Assembly (NCBI GenBank): GCA_030431715.1 | Contig: JAUIIO010000013.1 | Coordinates: forward strand, 39,388 to 103,387 | DNA from: a bacterium | GTDB taxonomy: Bacteria; Bdellovibrionota_C; UBA2361; RFPC01 | Direction of reading: 5' to 3' | DNA length: 64,000 bases | Part shown: positions 16,966-26,159 of the stretch, one piece after another | Layout: each line of letters opens with the position of its first letter | How positions within the stretch are numbered: the stretch's first letter is position 1 | Notes under the pieces: model-generated | What the model was told of the DNA's origin: nothing | Databases searched by the model: none | The model's input: only the letters and a program-made list of their open reading frames with translations | Program-made: the position numbers and the translations under genes

Positions 16966-17334
16966 ATGAAAGCCAATCGTATTGAACAAGCTGTAGTGTT
17001 TTTTTTAGTTGCATGTCTATTCGTATCTACCCCGCTAAATCTCTTTGCTGACAATAAGGGCAAAGGTGCTGCTATCGGTGCCGGTGTTGGTGTTGTTACT
17101 GGTGAAGGTATTAAGGGGGCAGCAAAAGGTGCTGCCGTTGGAGGAGGTGTTGGAGCTCTGACAGAAGATAACAAAGATGAGAAGAAGACCGAAAAGTATG
17201 CCAAGCGTGGGGCCGCTACTGGAGCAGCCGTTGGTGTACTTAAAGGTGACGGATTAAAGGGTGCTGTAAAAGGCGCTGCTGTAGGCGGAGGCACCGGCGC
17301 TGTTATCGGAGATACTCGTCGCGAAAAGCGGTGA
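16966..17334 (+). CDS. Secreted glycine-zipper protein (two internal repeats)
   Basis: AAGGAGG precedes the ATG and a signal peptide follows. GAAIGAGVGVVTGEGIKGAAKGAAVGGGVGAL is repeated as GAATGAAVGVLKGDGLKGAVKGAAVGGGTGAV. Confidence 0.6.
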   Translation: MKANRIEQAVVFFLVACLFVSTPLNLFADNKGKGAAIGAGVGVVTGEGIKGAAKGAAVGGGVGALTEDNKDEKKTEKYAKRGAATGAAVGVLKGDGLKGAVKGAAVGGGTGAVIGDTRREKR

Positions 17335-17505
17335 GACAACCGCAGGGACTTATTAGAACATCTTCTTATTAAATTTAGTAGCTAAAGTGGTATAAAGAGC
17401 CATCTTTGACCGCATATTTCTGACTACTTTGAATTTAGGTTGAGTTTGTGCTTGTAGCACGACCATAATCGGCACACCTAGCAAATAAATATGGAGAAGA
17501 GAGCC

Positions 17506-19104
17506 ATGAAAATTTTCCGATGTAGTTTGCCTTGCCTAATCATAATTATTCTTCTTGCATCTCTTTGCGCATCCATAACATCAGCATTTGCGCAGACTAA
17601 GCCTAATATTCTAGTTATCTGGGGAGATGATATAGGATGGGCGAACGTTGGTGCGTATAACCATGCTGTGATGGGTTACCGTACACCTAATATCGATAGT
17701 ATTGCAGAGGATGGAGTCTTATTTACCGATCACTACGCACAGCCATCATGTACTGCGGGTCGAGCAGCATTTCTTACTGGGCAGTACCCAATCAGGTCTG
17801 GGATGACCACGGTAGGACAACCTGGAGATCCCCTTGGTCTTCAAGCCGAATCTCCGAGTCTTGGAGAAGTTATGAAAGCACAGGGGTATGCTACTGGACA
17901 TTTTGGTAAGAACCATCTTGGCGATAGAAACGAACATCTTCCCACAGTTCATGGCTTTGATGAATTTTTTGGAAACCTCTACCACTTAAATACTCAGGAA
18001 GAAGCAGAGCAACGAGATTATCAGAACTTTGGAAAAGCATATTCCGGCGATCTCAAAAAGTATGAGGAAAAATTCGGAACACGTGGAGTTATTCATTCCT
18101 TTGCAACGACTGTTGATGACAAGACCGTCCAGCCACGATTTGGAAAAATAGGAAAACAAAAATTAACGGATACTGGGCCTCTTACACAGGAACGAATGAA
18201 AAATTTCGATTCAGAAGAAGTTATTCCTAAAGCGCTCGATTTTATAAAGAAAGCAAAGAGCGAGAATCAGCCGTTTTTTGTATGGCTCAATACAAGCCGT
18301 ATGCACCTCTATACACGTATTGAAGACGAATGGTTGAAAAAGGTAGAGAAAATTACGAGTGAAGCAGATTATCACGGTGCTGGAATGTTACAGCACGATC
18401 ACGATATAGGTGTTGTGCTTAAAGCGATAAAGGACATGGGGCTAGAAGAAGATACGATTGTTCTATACTCAACGGATAATGGGCCCGAGCACGCATCATG
18501 GCCTCACGGAGCAACCACACCCTTCCGCGGCGAAAAGATGACGACTTACGAAGGCGGAGTACGTGTTCCATGTATGGTGCGATGGCCGGGCGAGATACCG
18601 GCAGGCCAAAAGCTTAATGGCATTCAGGCCCATCAAGATCTCTTCACAACGCTTGCTTCAGCGGCTGGGGTAAAAAATGTTGCGGATCTTATGATGAAGC
18701 AAAAGAAGCAGTATATCGATGGAATTGATAACCTTGATTATTGGAAAGGCAAATCAGAAAAATCAAACCGCGATCATATCTTCCACTACTACGAGAGTAA
18801 GCTCACTGCCGTTCGCATGGGCCCTTGGAAATTTCATTTCTCTACCAAGGAGGATTACTACGCGAATGTCGTTCCACGTACTGTTCCACTTGTATTTAAT
18901 ATTCGTATGGACCCGTATGAGAGTTATGATGATTCAAGTTCGTACGGCCATCTGATGCAAAAAGTCTCGTGGCTTATTCAACCAATGGGTGAGCTCATGA
19001 ATGCACATCTCCAAACACTAGCTAAATACCCACCGGTACAGGGCGGAAAAAGCTTTGATATGTCAAATGTGGTAGAGCAATTTATAAGTAAAGGTCGTCA
19101 GTAG
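17506..19104 (+). CDS. Arylsulfatase (formylglycine-dependent sulfatase family)
   Basis: A signal peptide is followed by [19 protein letters not shown] (C-x-A-x-R formylglycine motif), GKNHLGD and YSTDNGPE. The start at 17506 has GGAGAAG upstream; the track start is 17491. Confidence 0.85.
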   Translation: MKIFRCSLPCLIIIILLASLCASITSAFAQTKPNILVIWGDDIGWANVGAYNHAVMGYRTPNIDSIAEDGVLFTDHYAQPSCTAGRAAFLTGQYPIRSGMTTVGQPGDPLGLQAESPSLGEVMKAQGYATGHFGKNHLGDRNEHLPTVHGFDEFFGNLYHLNTQEEAEQRDYQNFGKAYSGDLKKYEEKFGTRGVIHSFATTVDDKTVQPRFGKIGKQKLTDTGPLTQERMKNFDSEEVIPKALDFIKKAKSENQPFFVWLNTSRMHLYTRIEDEWLKKVEKITSEADYHGAGMLQHDHDIGVVLKAIKDMGLEEDTIVLYSTDNGPEHASWPHGATTPFRGEKMTTYEGGVRVPCMVRWPGEIPAGQKLNGIQAHQDLFTTLASAAGVKNVADLMMKQKKQYIDGIDNLDYWKGKSEKSNRDHIFHYYESKLTAVRMGPWKFHFSTKEDYYANVVPRTVPLVFNIRMDPYESYDDSSSYGHLMQKVSWLIQPMGELMNAHLQTLAKYPPVQGGKSFDMSNVVEQFISKGRQ

Positions 19105-19370
19105 GACTCTTTCTCGAGAGAGCCATTGCGGCATCTCTCAGGTGGCTCACGCTCGGGGTCTGGGTTTGGAGCTGGTAGTGGATCAGGTTTCTTATAAGGC
19201 TCCGTTCTGCGTGGCTCTGATGGTGGGGTTGGGATTACTGGCTCTTTTGTTGGTGGTGGCTCAGTTGCTGGTTCCGGTGATGCGTAAGGGATTTGAGGCA
19301 GCCCGGGGGCTGAGTGGAGATCCTCAAAGTCTCGTATGATAGCGCTCGTAGTGTCTAGTGTAGTTTTCAT
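19098..19370 (-). CDS. Pro-rich small protein
   Basis: It is 90 aa and about 30% Pro ([47 protein letters not shown]). It starts 4 nt after the stop of the ankyrin gene, so co-transcription is likely. Confidence 0.4.
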   Translation of the reverse strand: MKTTLDTTSAIIRDFEDLHSAPGLPQIPYASPEPATEPPPTKEPVIPTPPSEPRRTEPYKKPDPLPAPNPDPEREPPERCRNGSLEKESY

Positions 19371-19374
19371 ACAA

Positions 19375-21489
19375 TTATTGACCGTTTGAAGGTGTTCTTA
19401 AAATCAGATTTGCTTTCGTGTCAAATCCTGCAAGTTGAAAAAAATTTCTTATTCCTGTTCTTTCAAGGTCCTCTTCCGGTGCATTAAAATCACGGTGTAG
19501 TTTTAAGAGTTTTATCTTTTCAGCGTCAAGGCTCAGAGCTCTTTTCGGTTCTGACTCTCCGGTAATATGAAAAGGGTAAGCGTGAAAAGGGGGATAGTCA
19601 GGATGGACAAATGCAAGTTCAGGTAAGTCGTCAGCTTTTGAATGGCGTTGTCTAGCGCTTAGCCATTCAACCATGCTTTCGTAGCCTTCAGAGTAAAATC
19701 CTCCAAGTAGTGAGTCTTCAAACGATTGCTCGGCACCTACTGTCCAAGCGCTATAATAGTTCGTATCGAATTTCCAACGAGCGTAATCGCTATCGATCGC
19801 TTGTACCAGTGAAACAAGAAAGGCTATGTCCAGCAATCGCTCATTATCCCTATTTAATTCTAGATCGAGTATGGGAAGGAAGTCTCTCTTAAGGTCATAG
19901 TCGGAAAGAAACTTAAGATCTTCCGCGCTATAGCCCGCGCCAATACCAAGCCGAGAATGGTATGCGGGATGTGAAAACTTATCTCTTCCGAAGATAGGAG
20001 AAGAATTTCTCAAAAGAGTTGTGCCACGTTCTGGGTGGCTGATAAGCATGTGCGAGTGACGAAAGAGAAAGAACGTGTCAGAATCAAATTCTTCCCAGTG
20101 TGGATTGCCCTCTCTGACTCCGGAAAGGATGTGAATTGTCTTTGAGTTAGGCTTGAGCACAAAGCCCACCCCGTGCTTTGGGTCGGCGTCAATTCGTTGC
20201 ATGCCCCACTCTTCAAGAAGAGCGGGAAATACGACCCGCGAGCGATCTCTTTTCCATACACGCTGTGCGTCAAATTTCCATTTAAGAAAGCTGTGAGAGA
20301 GTGTTCCGATTTTGCCCCAAACCTCTACGGTATCCCAACTTAAATCAACGCGCTGCTTGAGGAATCTGGTAATTCCGGTTGCTGCAGCGGTGACGTGACC
20401 GAAGTCTTCGTTCTTCATCTCTTGCGGGGCATACAGTGGATGGTTGCAAAGAGCTAACATTTCAGCTTCGTTAGGGTGATGCCCATGGACTTCAGAATAC
20501 GAATCGTAGAGTCTTTCGACAGTGCGTAAAAGAACGCTGCAATCTGTAGGATCGCAGTGAAAGAGCAGGTCCGAAAGCAGATACGCAAAAGCTTTGTTTG
20601 TGTTTGAAGTATCAACGATAGCTTTTTTATTTGTAGCTGCTGTATATGCACTGGTGTAGTCAGCAAGGCTTTGGATGTTCTGAGTACGCGCAAAGATTTC
20701 GATTGCTTCTGTTCTAGCTCTAGGAGGAAGATTGTAGAACATGCGCTTCAGATCGGTAACGAATCTCTCATAAGGCACGTGCAAGACATCTTCCCTAGCA
20801 TACAGGCGGTATTCCTGATCTTTGTGGAAATATTCGTCCTCTACAACATCTGCTAAAAGATTTGCAAAAAGCTTTCTCTGCTTTTTTGTTACAAGATATG
20901 AGAGATCATGCTCTCGTAACGTAAGCCCTTCAGCTCGTAGCATTTTGATAAATTTGTTATCGCAGTGTTCGCCAATGAGATGAAAAGTCATAGCCGTGGA
21001 GCCGTCTTCAGCTTCAACGCACGGGTCATGTCCGAGTTCCAGTAAAGTTTTTGCTGCCTCTAGATTGTTAGAGTAGGCAGCAAGATGGAGCGGGCTGCAA
21101 TAGTCGAGGTCTATATTTAAGTCTTCGTTGCAGTACGAGTAACGGGCGTTCATATCTGCGCCAAGCCTGTGAATCTGATGAATGAGGTGTGTAGGAGCAT
21201 CATGCGCTATCATGAAGTGAAGCAGCGTAAAATCAGAGCAAGTGAATTTGCGATTTAACAGGACTGAAATCTCTTCGGGAATAAAGTGTTTTACCTGCTG
21301 TAAAGAATCAAGACTATGGCCAACCTCCTCCCAGTCAAAGGTTTCTGATGATGATTCAAACTGGATAAAAGCCTCTTCGGCTTTACTAAGTACTCTGTGC
21401 GATTTTACTAAGTTTCTATCTCTTTTGAGACATTCGTCAGGATTCTGAGATCGAGGGTCTTGATTTCTCGAATGATGGTCAGGGTGCAT
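19375..21489 (-). CDS. Ankyrin-repeat protein with about 500-aa uncharacterised C-terminal region
   Basis: The ANK repeats read FTLLHFMIAHDAPTHLIHQIHRLGADMNAR and SPLHLAAYSNNLEAAKTLLELGHDPCVEAEDGSTAM. I do not recognise the rest. Confidence 0.65.
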   Translation of the reverse strand: MHPDHHSRNQDPRSQNPDECLKRDRNLVKSHRVLSKAEEAFIQFESSSETFDWEEVGHSLDSLQQVKHFIPEEISVLLNRKFTCSDFTLLHFMIAHDAPTHLIHQIHRLGADMNARYSYCNEDLNIDLDYCSPLHLAAYSNNLEAAKTLLELGHDPCVEAEDGSTAMTFHLIGEHCDNKFIKMLRAEGLTLREHDLSYLVTKKQRKLFANLLADVVEDEYFHKDQEYRLYAREDVLHVPYERFVTDLKRMFYNLPPRARTEAIEIFARTQNIQSLADYTSAYTAATNKKAIVDTSNTNKAFAYLLSDLLFHCDPTDCSVLLRTVERLYDSYSEVHGHHPNEAEMLALCNHPLYAPQEMKNEDFGHVTAAATGITRFLKQRVDLSWDTVEVWGKIGTLSHSFLKWKFDAQRVWKRDRSRVVFPALLEEWGMQRIDADPKHGVGFVLKPNSKTIHILSGVREGNPHWEEFDSDTFFLFRHSHMLISHPERGTTLLRNSSPIFGRDKFSHPAYHSRLGIGAGYSAEDLKFLSDYDLKRDFLPILDLELNRDNERLLDIAFLVSLVQAIDSDYARWKFDTNYYSAWTVGAEQSFEDSLLGGFYSEGYESMVEWLSARQRHSKADDLPELAFVHPDYPPFHAYPFHITGESEPKRALSLDAEKIKLLKLHRDFNAPEEDLERTGIRNFFQLAGFDTKANLILRTPSNGQ

Positions 21490-21894
21490 ACAACAAATAC
21501 CAACAATTACTACACCTTAAAGGTATTATATAATAAATCTAAAAACAAATAGTATTGTTGTGCTTGATTATAAAATTTTCCCTGTTAATCTTAGCTTGTG
21601 AAGCAGTTGGTTAAGCAGCTGTTTTCTCGTATTTTCAGATTGAGTAGTAGTGAAAAATGCATCGTCTCTTGTAGACTGTCAGTTTATGTGGCGGCCTATA
21701 AGAGGTGATGATCATGATGTTTTGTTCTTGTTTTTCCCATTTATTCTTGTAGTTTCTCTGCTTTTGACTTCCGTGCGAAGCATAAAACGTAACTCTTATT
21801 CACTTCATTGAAGTTGTTGTTTCGAGTGAGCTCTGGAGCGATATGTACTATTGTTGCAGCGCTCACTCTGAATCCGGATATGAGGGAGTTTTTT

Positions 21895-22290
21895 ATTTTT
21901 CCGGAACTCGACATGGGAGAACGCGACAATGTTTGACCGCTTGAACCGCGCCGAGAACGCGACCAATCGTGGGCCGACGAACGCCCGCGTCAATTGCGCC
22001 CTCGCCCTCGATGTTCTGATCGCCTAGTCGACCGGCGCCGCCGCCGATCGATTCAAGAAGGAGGCCGAAATGGTCATGGAAGCGCGCCCACCCCCCGGGG
22101 TGTTTCGTTGCTGTCTCTGAAACTGTTCGACTCCGTGCGTGTTGCGCCCCTGCAAGTGAGCCCACAAACTTATTCCCCCAGAGCCTGGATCCCCGTAAGG
22201 CTCGCCCTTCAATTGAAGGGGAATATTTTAAGCGGCCCATCTAACCGCTGTATGTGTGGCCGCTTGCAGGGGCCAACTTTGATTGAGTAG
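21895..22290. other. G+C-rich non-coding island with nested helices (unidentified structured RNA or degraded foreign gene)
   Basis: By hand count, each 60-nt line from 21901 to 22200 is 60-63% G+C, against 27% for 21541-21600. No frame is open across the region. A long-range 15-bp helix pairs 22141-22156 with 22263-22277. It encloses hairpins GCGGCC-N20-GGCCGC (22232-22263) and palindrome CCCTTCAATTGAAGGG (22205-22220). CACCCCCCGGGGTG lies at 22089-22102. Confidence 0.5.
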
Positions 22291-22395
22291 CTTTGATTGA
22301 ATGAATGGAAAGAGGTGGTGTTTATGTTATGCCAGTGCATACGTGAACAGAGAGTTGTAAAAGATCATCTCCTCTATCCTTTTGTTTAGAGTGTT

Positions 22396-22905
22396 TCATT
22401 TTTCTGTGCTTTGGGATTCGCCGCTAAAACTTGGACCAGATTCAGACTTAAAATCAAAGTTAGAATGCGGTGCATATCGATCAATCAAATTATAGACATA
22501 AGAAACTTCGCCGGAAGGAGATGTGGCTGCAAAGTATGGCCCCCACGGACAACTCTCATCGATCTTCCCACATGTAAATCCGCTCTCACGAAGCACGTTT
22601 GAAACTATAGTTAAAGAAAAACGCGAACGATAGAGCTGGCATGTCTCAGGTTCATTTGGAGCGAGATCCTTTGGGAAGAGAAAGATTCTTAACCCTACAT
22701 CGTTCTCAAGTAATACACCACTTGTTGTGGTAGGTGCAGGAAGCTTCCTAAAGTTTCCTGACTCAATTCTGGTCAGAACCTCTGCCTCTACGTCTGAAAC
22801 AAGGAGCTGCGTTGCCCATTCATGCACTTCTGGCAGGAGATCCGGAGAATGTATGGGGGTGTTACTTGTTTTTGAAGAACTAGATTTAGGGGAGAAACTC
22901 TGCAT
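22396..22905 (-). CDS. Hypothetical protein (third gene of the hflX/ABC-F operon)
   Basis: The ORF starts 23 nt after the ABC-F stop on the same strand. I recognise no family. Confidence 0.45.
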   Translation of the reverse strand: MQSFSPKSSSSKTSNTPIHSPDLLPEVHEWATQLLVSDVEAEVLTRIESGNFRKLPAPTTTSGVLLENDVGLRIFLFPKDLAPNEPETCQLYRSRFSLTIVSNVLRESGFTCGKIDESCPWGPYFAATSPSGEVSYVYNLIDRYAPHSNFDFKSESGPSFSGESQSTEK

Positions 22906-22928
22906 AAAACATCCAATTAGGTTAGTAT

Positions 22929-24500
22929 CTAAACTGCTTGTACATCATTCTCCCTACTTCTGTCACATCCAATATGAAGATAGCTGTTAAGATGGAGTTC
23001 TCGTAGAAACATTTTGTCGTGAGTTGCAATTAGCAACCCTCCCTGCCAACTATTTAAGATACGAACAAGCGCTTTTTGTCCTAAAATATCCAGACTGTAT
23101 GTTGGTTCGTCTAGCACCAAAAGTTCTACCACCGGAGTAGTATGAAAAAGACAGATCAACGCAGCGCGAACTCTCTCTCCAGGGCTGAGTGACGACAGTG
23201 TGCGTTCAGCTAACGCTACAGGATATTTGTGAGCAATAATACTCTTTGTCAGTTCATCAAGGGTTAAGGTTGAGTTTGTTCTGTAGAGGTATGATAACAA
23301 ACTTTCATTGAGCATCCAGTTTTCACCTGCCTGTGAAATATATCCGATTCGAGAATGGTCTACCTTTACTTTCCCACTCTGTGGTAAGCGCTCGCCCATG
23401 ATTATTTTCATGAGTGTTGTTTTCCCTGTTCCATTCTCTCCTATAAGTGCTATTCGCTTAAAGCTCTGCTCCAGTGAGAGCTCAGAAAAGAGTTCTTTCT
23501 GGCCGGCGATAGCTGAGGTTCTGTGCAGCGATATAATATGCTCTGCGTTTGTTTTTGAAACTTCAGGGGTGACAATATCCATAGGAAGTCGAACATCAAG
23601 GGCTCTTCTGGTTGTAAGAGCCCATTCTCTTAGAGCTTTAATTCGAGCGTCCCTTACTTTTTTCATTCTGCCGTGCTTGACCTGAGCATAGTCTCGTTTC
23701 TGGTTGAGAGTAGACTTCGGGCTAGCTCGCTTGAGCTCATTTATTCGCCCATATTGTTTTTTTCTTCGTCTTCTACGAGCAGTATGATGGATTTGTTCTT
23801 CTTGTTGGGCGAGACGGCTTAGATTTTTAAGGTATTTTATCTGAGAAGTGTCGTGCTCTAACTCAAGCTCTTCCTCCAGTTGTGAGAGTGACCCTGAAAA
23901 ATACGTGCATCCACTTTCTGAAACTATGAAAAAGTGTTCAAAGTCTTGTAGAAGCTCTCGGTCATGAGAGACCACAATTAATCCCCTCTCCCAAGTTCTA
24001 AGCCATGACCTTAACCACGTTACTCCTGCTGTATCAAGATCCTGTGTGGGTTCATCCAAAAGTAATAGCTCAGGAGCTGATATTTTAGCGTTAAGGAGTT
24101 CGAGCTTGCGCTGTTCGCCGTGGCTTAAGCTGCACGTGCTATGAGACTTACAACTATTCCTGATTTCACTGGCAATTGCTCTATCGAAACGATTGAATCT
24201 TGAAAGTTTACTATCCTCTAACCACTTTAGAAGTACCGCGATGTTTCCACGATTTAATTCCTGACTCACTAGGAGAGGTTTGGTTGTCAGTTCAACAGTT
24301 CCTGCCTCAGGCTCACTTTTACCAGAGAGAATGTCTAAGAGCGTAGACTTGCCAGCTCCGTTACGGCCTATTACGGCAACTTTTTCATGGCTAAGTTGAA
24401 GTGTTAGTCCATAAAAAAGGCATCTTTCTTGCGCTGTGGAAACGGTAACGTTTGTGAGTTGGATAAGTGGTTTATTTTTGGTTTTACGCTTGGCCATCAT
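22929..24500 (-). CDS. ABC-F family ATPase (two ABC domains, no TM domain, K/R-rich interdomain linker)
   Basis: Walker A motifs are GRNGAGKST and GENGTGKTT. Signature motifs are LSHGEQRKL and LSPGERVRA. Walker B motifs are LLLLDEPT and LLVLDEPT. The linker reads HHTARRRRRKKQYGRINELKRASPKSTLNQKRDYAQVKHGRMKKVRDARIKALRE. Confidence 0.8.
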   Translation of the reverse strand: MMAKRKTKNKPLIQLTNVTVSTAQERCLFYGLTLQLSHEKVAVIGRNGAGKSTLLDILSGKSEPEAGTVELTTKPLLVSQELNRGNIAVLLKWLEDSKLSRFNRFDRAIASEIRNSCKSHSTCSLSHGEQRKLELLNAKISAPELLLLDEPTQDLDTAGVTWLRSWLRTWERGLIVVSHDRELLQDFEHFFIVSESGCTYFSGSLSQLEEELELEHDTSQIKYLKNLSRLAQQEEQIHHTARRRRRKKQYGRINELKRASPKSTLNQKRDYAQVKHGRMKKVRDARIKALREWALTTRRALDVRLPMDIVTPEVSKTNAEHIISLHRTSAIAGQKELFSELSLEQSFKRIALIGENGTGKTTLMKIIMGERLPQSGKVKVDHSRIGYISQAGENWMLNESLLSYLYRTNSTLTLDELTKSIIAHKYPVALAERTLSSLSPGERVRAALICLFHTTPVVELLVLDEPTYSLDILGQKALVRILNSWQGGLLIATHDKMFLRELHLNSYLHIGCDRSRENDVQAV

Positions 24501-25867
24501 TTGACCTCCTTGAGTTTGTGCTTTATTTTCTCGATTTCACTTTGTTCAGCTGAGACCCGTAGCTTAAGGCCTGTAATGGTTGACTCTGTGCTTAGCACTC
24601 TACTCTTTGAGTAAATTAGCGAGAGCACCTCAGTTGCATTATAGGGAACAAAGAGTGTTGTTGTGGAATGTTCACTACGTGCGTATTCAAGGAGCCTATC
24701 TTTTAGCTTTGATGTTGCTATTTCATCTTTACTACTCAGCAGCTCACAAGGATGCGGTTTACACTCATCATTAAACACTTGATCTGATACGGATGTCAGA
24801 CGATCTGCTTTATTAAACACATAGAAGCGAGGAGTATTTTCAGCCCCAAGCTTATCGAGCATTTGTGCTGTGATTGCTATATGCTCTTGCCATTCATAAT
24901 CAGATGCATCGACAACAATAACTATGAGAGATGCATCACTAATCTCGGCTAGTGTACTCTCAAAGCTTGCCATGAGGCCCTCAGGGAGCCTTCTTATGAA
25001 CCCTACCGTATCGCTTATGGTAACATCACCACCGTGCCGACTAAGAGCTCTGGACGTAGTATCAAGCGTCTCAAATGGCATCTGCTTAGCTGATAGCACT
25101 TCATCTGTAAGAGCGTTCATAAGGGAAGTCTTTCCAGCGTTTGTGTATCCAACAAGAACAATACGTTTACAGGTATCACGACCTTTACGCTCTACTACTC
25201 CTCCCTGCTCAATCTTTCGTAACGATTTTTTAAGATCCGCTAGACGGCCATCAAGTTTTCTTGCCAGAAGCTCAGAAGCTGTCTCTCCGGGACCTCGGCT
25301 CCCTCCAATTCCTCCAGCCTGTTGGTCCATGTTAATGCCAATACCTCGGATACGGGGTCTTAAGTACTCAAGCTGTGCTATCTCAACGCAAACACGCGCT
25401 TTGCGTGTTTTGGCATGCTTTAAAAAGACATTTAAGATGACCCCCTCTCGGTCACATATGGACATGCCTGCCGCGTCCTCAAGGTTTCTCATCTGAGACG
25501 GCGAGAGTTCAGCGTCTAGTACGATCATCGTAGCTCCTAAAGCAGAGGCTCTCTCAGCGATAGCACGGGACGTGCCTTTCCCAATGAGTGTTTGAGGGTG
25601 AGGGCGGGTGAGATGATAGATCTCACTCCCGACAATGATATCTCCTTGAGCCTCAACAAGATTTAAGATCTCAGATAATTGTGCTTTGCGTATGTTTGAA
25701 TCACGTTCTCTGCCTACAGATACAACATAGCAACGGTTAACACTACTAACCGCTGATGTTGCAGCTGACTCGCGCTTTGTCCAGTGATCAATAATCTCCT
25801 CAAGGCGGCCATTATCAGCGAGAGGTACTTCTTTATGTTCAGGAACAGGTTTCGAATAAAATTTCAT
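24497..25867 (-). CDS. hflX: GTPase HflX
   Basis: G motifs are GYTNAGKTSLMNAL, DTVGFI and NKAD. The HflX N-domain shows GIGGSRGPGETASE. I prefer the start at 25867 because GGAGAAG lies upstream; the track start is 25948. Its stop overlaps the ABC-F start in ATGA. Confidence 0.85.
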   Translation of the reverse strand: MKFYSKPVPEHKEVPLADNGRLEEIIDHWTKRESAATSAVSSVNRCYVVSVGRERDSNIRKAQLSEILNLVEAQGDIIVGSEIYHLTRPHPQTLIGKGTSRAIAERASALGATMIVLDAELSPSQMRNLEDAAGMSICDREGVILNVFLKHAKTRKARVCVEIAQLEYLRPRIRGIGINMDQQAGGIGGSRGPGETASELLARKLDGRLADLKKSLRKIEQGGVVERKGRDTCKRIVLVGYTNAGKTSLMNALTDEVLSAKQMPFETLDTTSRALSRHGGDVTISDTVGFIRRLPEGLMASFESTLAEISDASLIVIVVDASDYEWQEHIAITAQMLDKLGAENTPRFYVFNKADRLTSVSDQVFNDECKPHPCELLSSKDEIATSKLKDRLLEYARSEHSTTTLFVPYNATEVLSLIYSKSRVLSTESTITGLKLRVSAEQSEIEKIKHKLKEVK

Positions 25868-26159
25868 AGTTTCTTCTCCGTAGTGGATGAGCCCTGCGGA
25901 CGTACGGGTAGCGTGGTACTTGCAATGAAGTACAAAATATCTGCGCATAGTCGGTTATGCGACGCAGATAAAGAAGCGCTACAACCTCCTAAAAGGCTTT
26001 AATTACCGACATTAAATAGTTTTAGTGATAAGCCAGAAAAAATGGCGTTATACGAAGTAAGAAGTGAAAATATTCATTGGTGCCTCCATAAGACGGAAGG
26101 AAAAACGTTACTTTTTATTAGTATACTCTGGATTTATATATTGTACAAATTTTTTTTGT

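Noticed and set aside
16842-17339. A 165-aa Pro/Ala/Thr-rich ORF lies antisense to the glycine-zipper gene.
   Set aside because: It is the reverse-complement artefact of GGN/GCN-rich coding sequence. The plus-strand gene has a strong RBS and a signal peptide.
21895-22290. I tested whether the G+C-rich island is tmRNA, RNase P RNA, SRP RNA, or a cobalamin or TPP riboswitch.
   Set aside because: By eye there is a GGAACTCGAC (plus strand) and a GGGGCGC-N9-GGAGTCGAAC (minus strand) resembling the tmRNA 5' region, and an ALALDVLIA-stop reading frame. I found no T-arm (GGTTCRANYCC), no matching 3' acceptor strand with CCA in a consistent position, and no GGGG 5' end for the plus-strand candidate. 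The RNase P GAGGAAAGUCC and ACAGAANCCGGCUUA motifs are absent, as are the SRP GGAAGCAGCC motif and the B12 and TPP boxes. The identity stays open pending an Rfam scan.
22277-22300. I considered the tandem 10-nt direct repeat CTTTGATTGA (x2) as a target-site duplication of a mobile element.
   Set aside because: The two copies are adjacent, 4 nt apart, rather than flanking an insert. No terminal inverted repeats or transposase are visible.
24924-25496. A 190-aa ORF lies antisense within hflX.
   Set aside because: It lies entirely inside a confidently identified gene on the other strand and has low-complexity Ser/Arg/Pro composition.
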